A stretch of DNA of 64,000 nucleotides from Marispirochaeta sp. Lineage in GTDB: Bacteria; Spirochaetota; Spirochaetia; JC444; Marispirochaetaceae. The first letter of the stretch is position 1. Every line of letters starts with the position of its first letter. The translations under genes were made by a program, and so were the position numbers. The notes under the pieces were generated by a model that was not told the origin of the DNA, searched no databases, and was given only the letters and a program-made list of their open reading frames with translations. Location: assembly GCA_963676835.2 (NCBI GenBank), contig CAXXFF010000003.1, positions 160,001 to 224,000 of the forward strand. Reading direction: 5' to 3'. Below are positions 26,788 through 36,648 of this stretch, piece after piece.

Positions 26788-29700
26788 TGAAGGAACATCA
26801 GGATCTTCTGAATGCCTGGGCCGAATCAGACTGGCAAGGACGGTCTGCAGATGTACAGCGGATTCTGATCCAGGCGGGGCGGTCCAAGATGCAGAGCTGG
26901 TACTATGATTTTCTTTCTGAAATGAGCCTGAACCAGGAAGAGGATATTGCCAGGGAAGCCGCTGAAGTACTGCTAAAACTGTATGGTAACGATGATGTTT
27001 ACCAGAGAATGTTGAACTCTTCCTCAAAAGATGTTCGTCAGCAGGCTGTTTACTTTTTTTTCCAGGATGATGCGCTGCCGGATAAACAGACTGCCAGAAA
27101 ACTTTTACAAATAGAGGAATATCACCAGAAAATAGTAGATGGCCTTATCGATCGTGTTAAGGAAACCCCACGGCTGCTCCCGGAACTCTTTGAACGCTAT
27201 AAAACCGCTGAAAATGAGCTGGAAAGAACCGGCTATGCACGGGTCTTATCAACAAGGATCCGCTATTTTATCATGCAGATAGACAAGGAGGATGCAGGCG
27301 AAATCAGAGAACTTATTGATGATATAATTACCCTGAGGCTTAGCTCTCCGATTATTAATTTTCTGAATATCAATAAAAATCTCTCCAAAGAAAAACTTCT
27401 TTTGGAAGCAATTGCACCACATTTTCATACCCATGAATATTTTCTTCATCAATGCCAAATGTACCTGAACCCGGAACTGAAAAAAAAGCTGAATCTTCCC
27501 CCGCTGCCAAGATCATACAGTACAAAAAAAATACAGCTGACACTAAAAGACCGCCAATATCTTATTGCTCTGGCCGCTCTCACGCTCTCAGTACCCTTCG
27601 TTATCTTCTTTCTGCTCAAAGGCGCCATTTTACCTTTTATGAGTAGAGAAGAAAAACTTGTTTCATTTATTTTCATGTACCACAGTATCTTCGCTGTATA
27701 CACTGTTGCCATTAACAGCATCTACTTTTTTCTGCTGATTCAGTCATGGAAAGGATTTCACGAAAAACAGCTAAACTGGGAGTCTGCAGGTAAGAAGTTC
27801 CTGTATACAAGCGGGATTCTGCCGTCTGTAACAATTCTTGCACCGGCATATAACGAAGAAAGTACGATAGCAGAAAGCATATATTCACTCCTGTCACTGC
27901 GATACCCGGACTCCGAACTTATAGTGATCAACGACGGCTCCAGCGATTCTACAATGGAAACCCTTGTATCCCAGTTCGACCTTCAACTTGTAGATTATTC
28001 TCTGAACGGAACAATCGAAACATCGCCGGTAAGGGGGCTCTATAAAAATGATCGCATTCCCAACCTGCTGGTAATAGATAAGGAGAACGGCGGAAAAGCA
28101 GATGCATTGAATACGGGGTTAAACATTGCTTCGGGAGAATATATCTGCAGCATTGATTCTGACAGCCTTTTAGAACCTGAATCATTAACAAAAATGATGT
28201 TTCAAACCCTCATTCGCTCTGAACGAACAGTTGCAGTTGGTGGGAATATTATTCCCGTTAACGGCTGCAGAGTAGAAAAAGGTGCGATCAGCGAAGTGCA
28301 CGTTGCACAGAACAAATACGCCAGATACCAGACCATAGAATACCTGCGTTCTTTTATAACCGGACGAATGGGTTGGGCCCGGATGAACATGCTCATGATT
28401 ATATCCGGTGCTTTCGGAGCATTCAGAAGGCAGGATGTCATGGACATCGGCGGATATATGACCGGTAAGGGCACGCAGAAAAAAGATACTGTCGGTGAGG
28501 ATATGGAACTTGTGGTCCGCCTGACACGCCATCTTCATGAGCAGAAAATTAAATACTTTGTCGATTATGCCCCCAATGCAAACTGCTGGACTGAAGTACC
28601 GGATAACCTGAAAGATCTGATGAAACAGCGTGATCGCTGGCAGAGGGTTCTCATAGAAAATCTGGTATATCACCGTAAAATGTTATTAAACAGGAACTAC
28701 GGGATTACAGGCCTCCTTGTTTTCCCCTACTTCTATCTGTTTGAATTGCTGGGACCATTCTGGGAAACGGGAGGCTATTTTGTCCTGATTCTGACCCTTC
28801 TTCTCGGGTTGCTGAGCAGTAAGGTTTTTCTCGTAATGTTTTCAATTGTCGTCCTTTTTGGAATTCTTATTTCATCTACTGCACTTTTCCTCTCCGAAAA
28901 AGGAATACTGACACTACCCAAACAGGATTTTGGAAGATTGGTTTCCAGAGCTGTAATGGAAAATCTCGGTTTCAGACAACTTATAAGCATGTACCGAACC
29001 TTCACGTACTTCTCATACCTTACAAAAAATAAAGATTGGCAGAAGTTTAAAAGAATCGGATTCAACTCCTCTGGTGATCATATCAGAAGCAATTCCACAG
29101 TGAGGGTGATTATTATTGCAGCTGTATCTGCAATCGCAGTGGCATTTACAGCCACAGCAGTCTATATGAAATATCTTCGGCCCGGCGGGCATGCCGGGAG
29201 TTTCACCTATGCAGTTTCGGATATACAAACGCCGGAAAAATACAAAATCAACCAGCTCGAGTGGCCTTTTCAAAACTCCCGGGGTTATAGAAAAGAGAGT
29301 CCGGCTGAAGTTTTTATTCTGTCATCAGTAGTACCTGCTGAAGCAAGCGATGAAGAAGCATTACGCGGCATTGACAGTGTAAAGGAACGGGCCAAGGACA
29401 GTTCATTGCTGGTCTGCAATGGGTTATTGCTTAATTCTGACATTCACCCTTTATACAGAAATCTGCTTCAGGATTATATTCAGGTGGAACCCTCAGGCTG
29501 GTCGGTAATCTATTCACGGGAAAAGGATCCTTCCCTGGTATTTCAGCATGAATCAGGAAAAATAATCACCTTGAAAGGAAAAGAACATTTCAACGGCAGG
29601 CCGCCAAATGCGCAATTTCGCGAACATTCTGCAAATATATATTCATGGATACCCATTTACAAAGCTGCGGGAGCTACACGGGTTACCACACTGGTAAACC

Positions 29701-31994
29701 TTGGCCTGAATCAAAAAGGAGGGAATCTGCTGCAGGAAGCAGGAATTCCCGAAGATATCCCGTTGATTATGGAAAATTACAATTATCCGACAGCAACTGC
29801 TTTTTTTACGGTCAATATTTATCATTCAACACCAGTCTCGGAACGTTCATGGCTTTTTAAAAGATATGCGTACAATCTGAAAACCACATTGTATAAGCAG
29901 GGCAGCAACGATGAACTTTACTGGCGCATTTTCGATCCATGGATTGATGATCTGGTGGAAACAATTACGGCCACCAACCCAAAGCCCATGGTGGAGACGG
30001 AAAAAACAATATTCACTACAGATAACAGTCAATTCTATATAAAAATACCGGGGGAGGATACAACTCCTTTTTATATAAAAGGCGTGAATCTTGGTACAGC
30101 ACTTCCGGGAAAATGGTTTACCGAACCACCTGAACGTGAACGCCTCTATTATCACTGGTTTACATCAATGAAAGAGATTCATCTCAACACGTTGAGAGTT
30201 TACACCCTGCTCCCTCCCTCTTTTTATCGTGCTTTCAGAAAATTCAATTTGGATCATCCCGCGGATCCACTCTATCTGATACAGGAGATATGGCCGGAAG
30301 AAAACCCGCCGAATAAGGATTATCTTGAAAGGCAGTACGATGAAACATACAGAAAAGAGATAACACTGAATATAGACGCTCTTCACGGTAAAGGAAATAT
30401 TCAATATCGCTTACACCAGGCCTGGGGGAATTATTCGAATGATGTCACACCATGGCTGATAGGGTATCTCATAGGTCGGGAGCTTGAGCCTGAGGAAGTC
30501 GAAGAGACTAATCAGCGTAATCCTGAATATATCTATCATGGCAATTTTGTTTCAGCCCCCCGGGGTCCTGCAACGGAAGCATGGTTGGCTGCAATGGTAG
30601 ATCATGCAATTAGCTACGAAACAGAAACCTACGGCACATCGCATCCCATGGGCATAGTGAGCTGGCCTCTTCTCGATCCACAACATCACCCTGTTGAATG
30701 GAATGATCCGAGGCTCCAGGGAAAAACACCCCCCACAGATAGAATCGAGATGGATATAAACCGCCTTATTGTTGAAAACAACTCCTTCGGGGGGTTATTC
30801 GGTGCGTACCACATCTACCCGAACTATCCTGATTTTATGAACAATCAGTCGTCATATGCAGAGTACAGAGACGACAAAGGAGTTTTCAGGTATGGTGGAT
30901 ACTTGAATGAATTTATCCGCACCCAGGTGAAATATCCGGCCATTGTCGCAGAATACGGAATATCAACAAGTGCAGCAGAAGCACATCACAGTCCCGATGG
31001 ATACCACCATGGAGGACTCTCCGAAGATAGCCAGGCAGAAGGGATAATCCGTATGACTGAAGCTATCCGCCGCGAGGGGTATGGCGGTTCAATTATCTTT
31101 GAGTGGATAGATGAGTGGGCAAAGAAAACATGGACAACCGAACCATTCATGATTCCCTATAACCGCCACGCCCTCTGGCATAACCCGCTGGATCCGGAGC
31201 AGAATTACGGAATAGTCGCCATGGCCGCCTCTTCAGAACGTTCTTTCAAGGAACATGCTGCAGCTGATTCCCCGATAAAAATTCAATTATGGGGTTCGGA
31301 AGCACATTTGTATATTCGGATAAATTACTTTGATCCGGATGTTTTTAATCTGCAGACCGGAAAAATACTTTTCGGGTTTGATACATATGCGCCAAACAAG
31401 GGGATTCTGAACTTTCCAAACCTCCCGGATTTCTCCACCCCCACGGGGATGGAGAGTATAGCTGAGATTAGTCTGAAAGAAAACAAGGCCCGGATTTTAA
31501 ATGCGACGGACTATAATATAGGCAATAATACCTTTGGAAGCTCCAGCCGGGAATCACAAACCTTTGACCCGATAAAAATACTTATTAACGCGGCATACAC
31601 GAACGAAAGAGGTATACCTGTTCCGGCATACTTCACTGAATGGGGAGAGCTGCATACGGGCCCCCTCGATGAAGCCCGTAACTCTTTCTATACAGACAAT
31701 GAGAGCTTAACACTGCGAATACCCTGGGGGCTGTTAAATGTAAGCGACCCCTCGACTGGTTTCGTTCTGGATAATCCGGAAAAGGTTACAACAGTACTGG
31801 CGGCCGACCAGCTGAACACCGCAAACAGCAGAGAAATACGTGTTTACGGGGTTTTAATAGACAATAGTAACCAGGTGCTATTCCAGTTCCCTGAACTTTC
31901 CTATACCTGGGGAAAATGGGACAAACCTGAATATACAGAAACACCTAAAAAGTCGGTCAGAATGCTTTCTGAATATTTTTCACAGATTGAATAA
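26787..31994 (+). CDS. Processive GT2 polysaccharide synthase fused to a C-terminal TIM-barrel glycoside-hydrolase-like domain
   Basis: PAYNEE, DGSSD, GKADALN, DSDS, GED, QRDRW and TM helices; C-terminal YIKGVNLG, NTLRVYT, YHIYPNYPDF, AEYG, FEWIDEW. Confidence 0.8.
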   Translation: MKEHQDLLNAWAESDWQGRSADVQRILIQAGRSKMQSWYYDFLSEMSLNQEEDIAREAAEVLLKLYGNDDVYQRMLNSSSKDVRQQAVYFFFQDDALPDKQTARKLLQIEEYHQKIVDGLIDRVKETPRLLPELFERYKTAENELERTGYARVLSTRIRYFIMQIDKEDAGEIRELIDDIITLRLSSPIINFLNINKNLSKEKLLLEAIAPHFHTHEYFLHQCQMYLNPELKKKLNLPPLPRSYSTKKIQLTLKDRQYLIALAALTLSVPFVIFFLLKGAILPFMSREEKLVSFIFMYHSIFAVYTVAINSIYFFLLIQSWKGFHEKQLNWESAGKKFLYTSGILPSVTILAPAYNEESTIAESIYSLLSLRYPDSELIVINDGSSDSTMETLVSQFDLQLVDYSLNGTIETSPVRGLYKNDRIPNLLVIDKENGGKADALNTGLNIASGEYICSIDSDSLLEPESLTKMMFQTLIRSERTVAVGGNIIPVNGCRVEKGAISEVHVAQNKYARYQTIEYLRSFITGRMGWARMNMLMIISGAFGAFRRQDVMDIGGYMTGKGTQKKDTVGEDMELVVRLTRHLHEQKIKYFVDYAPNANCWTEVPDNLKDLMKQRDRWQRVLIENLVYHRKMLLNRNYGITGLLVFPYFYLFELLGPFWETGGYFVLILTLLLGLLSSKVFLVMFSIVVLFGILISSTALFLSEKGILTLPKQDFGRLVSRAVMENLGFRQLISMYRTFTYFSYLTKNKDWQKFKRIGFNSSGDHIRSNSTVRVIIIAAVSAIAVAFTATAVYMKYLRPGGHAGSFTYAVSDIQTPEKYKINQLEWPFQNSRGYRKESPAEVFILSSVVPAEASDEEALRGIDSVKERAKDSSLLVCNGLLLNSDIHPLYRNLLQDYIQVEPSGWSVIYSREKDPSLVFQHESGKIITLKGKEHFNGRPPNAQFREHSANIYSWIPIYKAAGATRVTTLVNLGLNQKGGNLLQEAGIPEDIPLIMENYNYPTATAFFTVNIYHSTPVSERSWLFKRYAYNLKTTLYKQGSNDELYWRIFDPWIDDLVETITATNPKPMVETEKTIFTTDNSQFYIKIPGEDTTPFYIKGVNLGTALPGKWFTEPPERERLYYHWFTSMKEIHLNTLRVYTLLPPSFYRAFRKFNLDHPADPLYLIQEIWPEENPPNKDYLERQYDETYRKEITLNIDALHGKGNIQYRLHQAWGNYSNDVTPWLIGYLIGRELEPEEVEETNQRNPEYIYHGNFVSAPRGPATEAWLAAMVDHAISYETETYGTSHPMGIVSWPLLDPQHHPVEWNDPRLQGKTPPTDRIEMDINRLIVENNSFGGLFGAYHIYPNYPDFMNNQSSYAEYRDDKGVFRYGGYLNEFIRTQVKYPAIVAEYGISTSAAEAHHSPDGYHHGGLSEDSQAEGIIRMTEAIRREGYGGSIIFEWIDEWAKKTWTTEPFMIPYNRHALWHNPLDPEQNYGIVAMAASSERSFKEHAAADSPIKIQLWGSEAHLYIRINYFDPDVFNLQTGKILFGFDTYAPNKGILNFPNLPDFSTPTGMESIAEISLKENKARILNATDYNIGNNTFGSSSRESQTFDPIKILINAAYTNERGIPVPAYFTEWGELHTGPLDEARNSFYTDNESLTLRIPWGLLNVSDPSTGFVLDNPEKVTTVLAADQLNTANSREIRVYGVLIDNSNQVLFQFPELSYTWGKWDKPEYTETPKKSVRMLSEYFSQIE

Positions 31995-32012
31995 ATCGGA
32001 AAGCCTAATAAT

Positions 32013-33038
32013 TCAGCCCTTTATCTCCTCCAGACTATAGGAGGTTGAACCAAGACCTATTTTCTCTGCATGAATTAATGATGCACGGCCGGAGTCAAAG
32101 AGCTTTTTCCCGGCAGCTTTCTGTACCAGATCAAGGCAGGCCGCATCCAGGGCCACCGGATCGGTACTTGCCAGCACTCCGATATGATCAATCAGGGGTT
32201 TCATGGAATGACCCATGCAGTCACAGTCCTGGGTAATATTATGTGCGAATGAAATATAAATATTCTCTTTGCCCCGGGCCGCCGCATAGGCGTATTCCGC
32301 AATCTTCTCCATAAAATTAACGCCCTGCCATGAGTTGCTGATAGCGCCTTCAGGACACACTGCAATACAGCCGGCGCAGCCTACACATTTTTCAGGATCA
32401 ATGACCGCTGCTCCGTCAATCTCTATGGCGTTGAAATCACATTTCTCAACACAGAGACCGCAGGCAATACATTTCCCCGAACTGACTATGGGGTTGATAT
32501 TTGTATGCTGCGCCATCTTTCCGCTCCGTGCGGCAAAGCCCATGGCCAGCTGTTTGAGAGAACCGCCGAATCCCGCAGCAACATGTCCTTTAAAATGGCT
32601 GGTTACAATAAACTGCTTATAGTTACCATATCCTTTACCTATTCTGCAGCTTTCAAAAAAATCCTTATTTATTACCACCTCGTCATAATCAGTGCCTATC
32701 TCACCATCGGCTATTACAATAGGGATCTGGGAAAATCCGTGGTTTCTGGCGGTAGCAATATGGTCCTGAGAGGTTGTTCTGGAACCTCGATAGAGAACAT
32801 TTGTCTCTATATAACAGGGTTCAACATTCTGCTGCTTCAGGTATTCAATAATATCATCAAAAGCCGGGGCACCGATGAAAGTCGTATTCCCCTTTTCGCC
32901 GAAATGAACTTTTATAGGCACCTTTTTTTCAAAAGTGATACTGTTGTCAGTTGCGATCTTGTTTAAAAGATCCCGGGCCAGGCTGCCCAGTTTTTTCAAA
33001 TCATTTTCTGAGTTCCGAATGAAGTAAACCTTGCTCAC
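32013..33038 (-). CDS. DUF362-family 4Fe-4S protein
   Basis: KVHFGE, HFKGH, two CxxCxxCxxxC ferredoxin motifs, DPVALD. Confidence 0.85.
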   Translation of the reverse strand: MSKVYFIRNSENDLKKLGSLARDLLNKIATDNSITFEKKVPIKVHFGEKGNTTFIGAPAFDDIIEYLKQQNVEPCYIETNVLYRGSRTTSQDHIATARNHGFSQIPIVIADGEIGTDYDEVVINKDFFESCRIGKGYGNYKQFIVTSHFKGHVAAGFGGSLKQLAMGFAARSGKMAQHTNINPIVSSGKCIACGLCVEKCDFNAIEIDGAAVIDPEKCVGCAGCIAVCPEGAISNSWQGVNFMEKIAEYAYAAARGKENIYISFAHNITQDCDCMGHSMKPLIDHIGVLASTDPVALDAACLDLVQKAAGKKLFDSGRASLIHAEKIGLGSTSYSLEEIKG

Positions 33039-33107
33039 TGTGCTGTCCTTAGGAAGAAATGTTAATGCAGAAACAGAATACTATAAAAAGATATTTTTGT
33101 TACTGTT

Positions 33108-33638
33108 TCAGGCAAGATGATTTTGGGTATTAAGCTCTTCCCGGGCGCTTTGGACCAGCCTGTATGCTTCGGCAGCGGTACGCATATCCGCGGCACTGGA
33201 ACTTGAGGGAGCAAGGGCTGCACGGATAACAGATTGCGCTTTACTTAGTGTAGCACGGGGATTACCGGGAACAGGACTGAGATCGGCTTTTATCCTGCCG
33301 CCGGAAGCATAGGATTCACCGTCTGCACCGCGCCTGAAGCTGTAAATAATACCGGAAGCGGCAGCCCCTCCGAGATTAAGCAGATGGGCCTGTTCATGTG
33401 ACCGTACTTCCCTGTCACGATCTTCTGCATCAGAAGATGCAGTCAGGTAATAATCAGTACCGGGGATGATTATTCCATCCGGATCTTTCGTATTCGATCC
33501 TGCTAATTCCGGCTGCATTTCATTCGACTTACCCCGGTGCATAACCATAACCTGGGTCAATTTTGTATCCTCACCAGGCTGTATAGGCCGCTTCCCCGGG
33601 ACTTGAGGACCAAGACCGAAATCGAAGGCGATACGCAT
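33108..33638 (-). CDS. SprA-related (CJM1_0395-like) protein
   Basis: DREVRSHEQAH, YASGG, AALAPSSSSAADMRTAAEA. Confidence 0.65.
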   Translation of the reverse strand: MRIAFDFGLGPQVPGKRPIQPGEDTKLTQVMVMHRGKSNEMQPELAGSNTKDPDGIIIPGTDYYLTASSDAEDRDREVRSHEQAHLLNLGGAAASGIIYSFRRGADGESYASGGRIKADLSPVPGNPRATLSKAQSVIRAALAPSSSSAADMRTAAEAYRLVQSAREELNTQNHLA

Positions 33639-33762
33639 AACTTAACAATACTTATAGAAACCTCCGTTATCAAGATTTCTGCAGATAATTTCTTTGTTTT
33701 ATTGCTGATTTTCTATGTACTTTTATATTGTTCATGAGTACAGAACATTAAAGGAACGATTA

Positions 33763-34635
33763 ATGGAGTATCATCAAATAGTAAGAAAATCACTTTCAAT
33801 CATTGAAGAAGAGATTAGTGACCCTCCTTCCCTGGATATTCTGGCGTTCCGGTTCAATATGTCAAAATTTTACTTTCATCGTATTTTTTCAGCCCTGACT
33901 GGCTCTTCATATAAACAATACACTCTTACCCGAAGAGTGAACCGCGCAATTCACCTTATCAATACTACAGATCTTTCCCTTACTGATATTGCCTACAGAC
34001 TGAATTTCAGTGATCAGGCGTCATTCACGCGAACATTCAAGCGATTAACAGGATCTGGCCCAGGACAATTGCGAAAAAAAGAAGTTTCTCTTCAGGAAAT
34101 TTCCATACCGGAAATTTACAGTCGCACCTTTAAAAATCTAAACGGGGATTTAATAAAAGATTTCAGTCTTGAACCTTTTACCCCTCGTACCCTGCATGGA
34201 GTCGCCTTCGAAATTGATTTTGCAGATCCGGATTTCAAAGATCAGATCCATTCTTATGCCAGAGAGGTTAATCAGGCTGCTTCCAAAAATGATGCTACAG
34301 AAAGCTATATGATCTATTCCAACTGCCAGCCGGGATCATCAAAATTCAAAGCCCTCTACGGAGTAACACAGCCGCTTCTAAAAAAATTGTCCAACTCCTT
34401 TACGGTTGAGATACCGGAAATTTTCTGTTCAAAGTTTAAATACACCGGTGATCTCCTGGACATAGCAGATATATTCACCATGGATTTTGCCAGATTTCTA
34501 AAAATTTCCCGCCTCGATCAGGAAGAAAGCCATATTGAACTTGTTCAGGTTTTTACACCGGAAGATACCAATATGACTAATTATGATATTTATGTACCCA
34601 TCAAGAAATTAGAAAATGAAATAGAGATATCCTGA
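33763..34635 (+). CDS. AraC-family regulator with a GyrI-like effector domain
   Basis: SKFYFHRIF, IAYRLNFSDQASFTRTFKR. Confidence 0.85.
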   Translation: MEYHQIVRKSLSIIEEEISDPPSLDILAFRFNMSKFYFHRIFSALTGSSYKQYTLTRRVNRAIHLINTTDLSLTDIAYRLNFSDQASFTRTFKRLTGSGPGQLRKKEVSLQEISIPEIYSRTFKNLNGDLIKDFSLEPFTPRTLHGVAFEIDFADPDFKDQIHSYAREVNQAASKNDATESYMIYSNCQPGSSKFKALYGVTQPLLKKLSNSFTVEIPEIFCSKFKYTGDLLDIADIFTMDFARFLKISRLDQEESHIELVQVFTPEDTNMTNYDIYVPIKKLENEIEIS

Positions 34636-34858
34636 GATAAAAAATAATTTTAGAAATACAGCAAGAAATGACAATTTCCATATACTAATTCGCACTATCT
34701 TCTGCAGTAACAATAGATAGTGGAGGTGTTATGGTACACATACACAACGACGGATCACTAAAAAGATGTATTTCCCCGCATATCCTGCTGAAAAACTCAA
34801 CATTGAGGTTGCTATCATGGGGACAGCAGACCAAGAATACAGACACGGAGACTTAAAC

Positions 34859-35473
34859 ATGAACTCAAAACAGAAACTGTCAATTAGCTTGCTTTTAATC
34901 ATTCTTATATTAAGTTCACCTCTTATAGCAGAAGAACAAGAAACCAACCCGCCTGTAAATCAGGCAATAAATATATGTGCCCTTGCAATACCGATCATGA
35001 ATCTGTATGTCCTGAGTTATGAATATCTGCTTGCGGATTATCATGGTATTGCACTAAGAGCCGAAATCATACCTCTTAAAGATTCAGACACAGGCATAGA
35101 CGGCCTCGGTTCTGCTGCTGTTATCAATTACAGATGGCACCCTTTTAGCAGAATAGATTCTTTTTTTGTGGGCCCCTATGCTCGGTACAGGTACGTTACA
35201 GGTTCCGGCAATATCAGCGGGACTTCATTTGACTACTCAATTCCGGAATTTACTCTCGGTATAAATGCAGGCTACCGGTGGATTTTCGGTTCGTCGGGTT
35301 TTAATGTTGTAATGGCTGCAGGATATGGATATTCATGGAGGGAAGAAAATTTCAGCACCAACACTTCTGCCATCCAAACCGCATTCAGAGAATTTAAAGG
35401 CGCGAATGCAGGAACAACCAATTTTGTTGATGCTCCTTTTTACGGAGAATTTTCACTCGGGTATGCTTTTTAG
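34859..35473 (+). CDS. Small outer-membrane beta-barrel-like protein
   Basis: Signal peptide; GYRW; C-terminal FSLGYAF. Confidence 0.65.
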   Translation: MNSKQKLSISLLLIILILSSPLIAEEQETNPPVNQAINICALAIPIMNLYVLSYEYLLADYHGIALRAEIIPLKDSDTGIDGLGSAAVINYRWHPFSRIDSFFVGPYARYRYVTGSGNISGTSFDYSIPEFTLGINAGYRWIFGSSGFNVVMAAGYGYSWREENFSTNTSAIQTAFREFKGANAGTTNFVDAPFYGEFSLGYAF

Positions 35474-35650
35474 CCGCGTAATCCAATACGGTCTTCGGTG
35501 AGGAGCAACCAAATTCCTTACAGGTAAGGTGGCTTAGCCATTGACGGCTGCTAACTTTTGTAGCATTATAATCGGGCCAGTCAGCCCTGATTATCATCGT
35601 TTTTAGTAAAACGTAATGCAGCAGCTGGTGTGTCAAACAAGGAGGTAGTT

Positions 35651-36637
35651 GTGGCTAAATTCAAAGTAGTAATTACAGATGCGGAGTATCCGGATTTTGA
35701 GTTTGAGAAAAAGATTTTTGCCGATGATGATTTTAATCTCGAAATACATCAATGCAAAACTGAAGATGAGGTAATTGCAGTTACTAAAGACGCGGATGCG
35801 GTACTCAATCAGTATGCACCGGTCAGCCGAAAAGTCATCGAGCAGATGACAAAGTGTAAAATCATCACCCGCTATGGAATCGGTGTCGATACCATTGATG
35901 TCGAAGCTGCAACAGAAAAAAATATCATGGTGGGCAATGTTCTCGGCTATTGTATCGACGAAGTTTCCGACCACGCTCTGGCTCTTTTTCTTGCCCTTGT
36001 AAGAAAGATATCGGTTCTGGACCGGACCATTAAAGGCGGGGAATGGAAATATGAACATGTAAAGCCCATGCAGAGATTGCGGGGTAAAACATTCGGTGTC
36101 TGCGGTTTCGGAGCAATTGCCAGGGAAGCAGCAAAGAAGGCTCAGGCTTTTAATATGGATGTTATTGCCTTTGACCCCTACATCGATAAAAAGATTGCAG
36201 CCGACATGAATGTAAAGCTTGTTGATTTTGATACACTCTTCAAAGAGTCAGATTATATCTCCCTGCATATGCCTCTGAATAAAGAGACTGAGCACATGGT
36301 TAATGCCAAGGCCCTCAGCATGGCAAAAGACGGCGTTATTATAATAAACACCGGCCGCGGCCCTCTGATCGATGAAGCAGCATTAATTGATGCCCTCAAA
36401 TCCGGCAAAGTCGGCGGTGCCGGCCTTGATGTAGTTGAAATCATGCCTGTACAGAGTCCGCTTGATTCCATGGAGAATGTAATTATCACTCCCCATGTGG
36501 CCTACTATTCGGAAGCTTCTCTGAAAGACCTTCAGAGAATTGCCGCGGAACAGTGTCATCTGGTTCTTACCGGGTACTACCCCACCTGCTTTGTAAACCG
36601 GGAACTTAAAGACAAGATTTCCCTGAAAGAGAAATAA
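35651..36637 (+). CDS. D-isomer 2-hydroxyacid dehydrogenase (CtBP/SerA-like)
   Basis: GFGAIA, INTGRG, TPHVAYYS; GTG start with GGAGG RBS. Confidence 0.88.
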   Translation: MAKFKVVITDAEYPDFEFEKKIFADDDFNLEIHQCKTEDEVIAVTKDADAVLNQYAPVSRKVIEQMTKCKIITRYGIGVDTIDVEAATEKNIMVGNVLGYCIDEVSDHALALFLALVRKISVLDRTIKGGEWKYEHVKPMQRLRGKTFGVCGFGAIAREAAKKAQAFNMDVIAFDPYIDKKIAADMNVKLVDFDTLFKESDYISLHMPLNKETEHMVNAKALSMAKDGVIIINTGRGPLIDEAALIDALKSGKVGGAGLDVVEIMPVQSPLDSMENVIITPHVAYYSEASLKDLQRIAAEQCHLVLTGYYPTCFVNRELKDKISLKEK

Positions 36638-36648
36638 GGGGTATCGGC

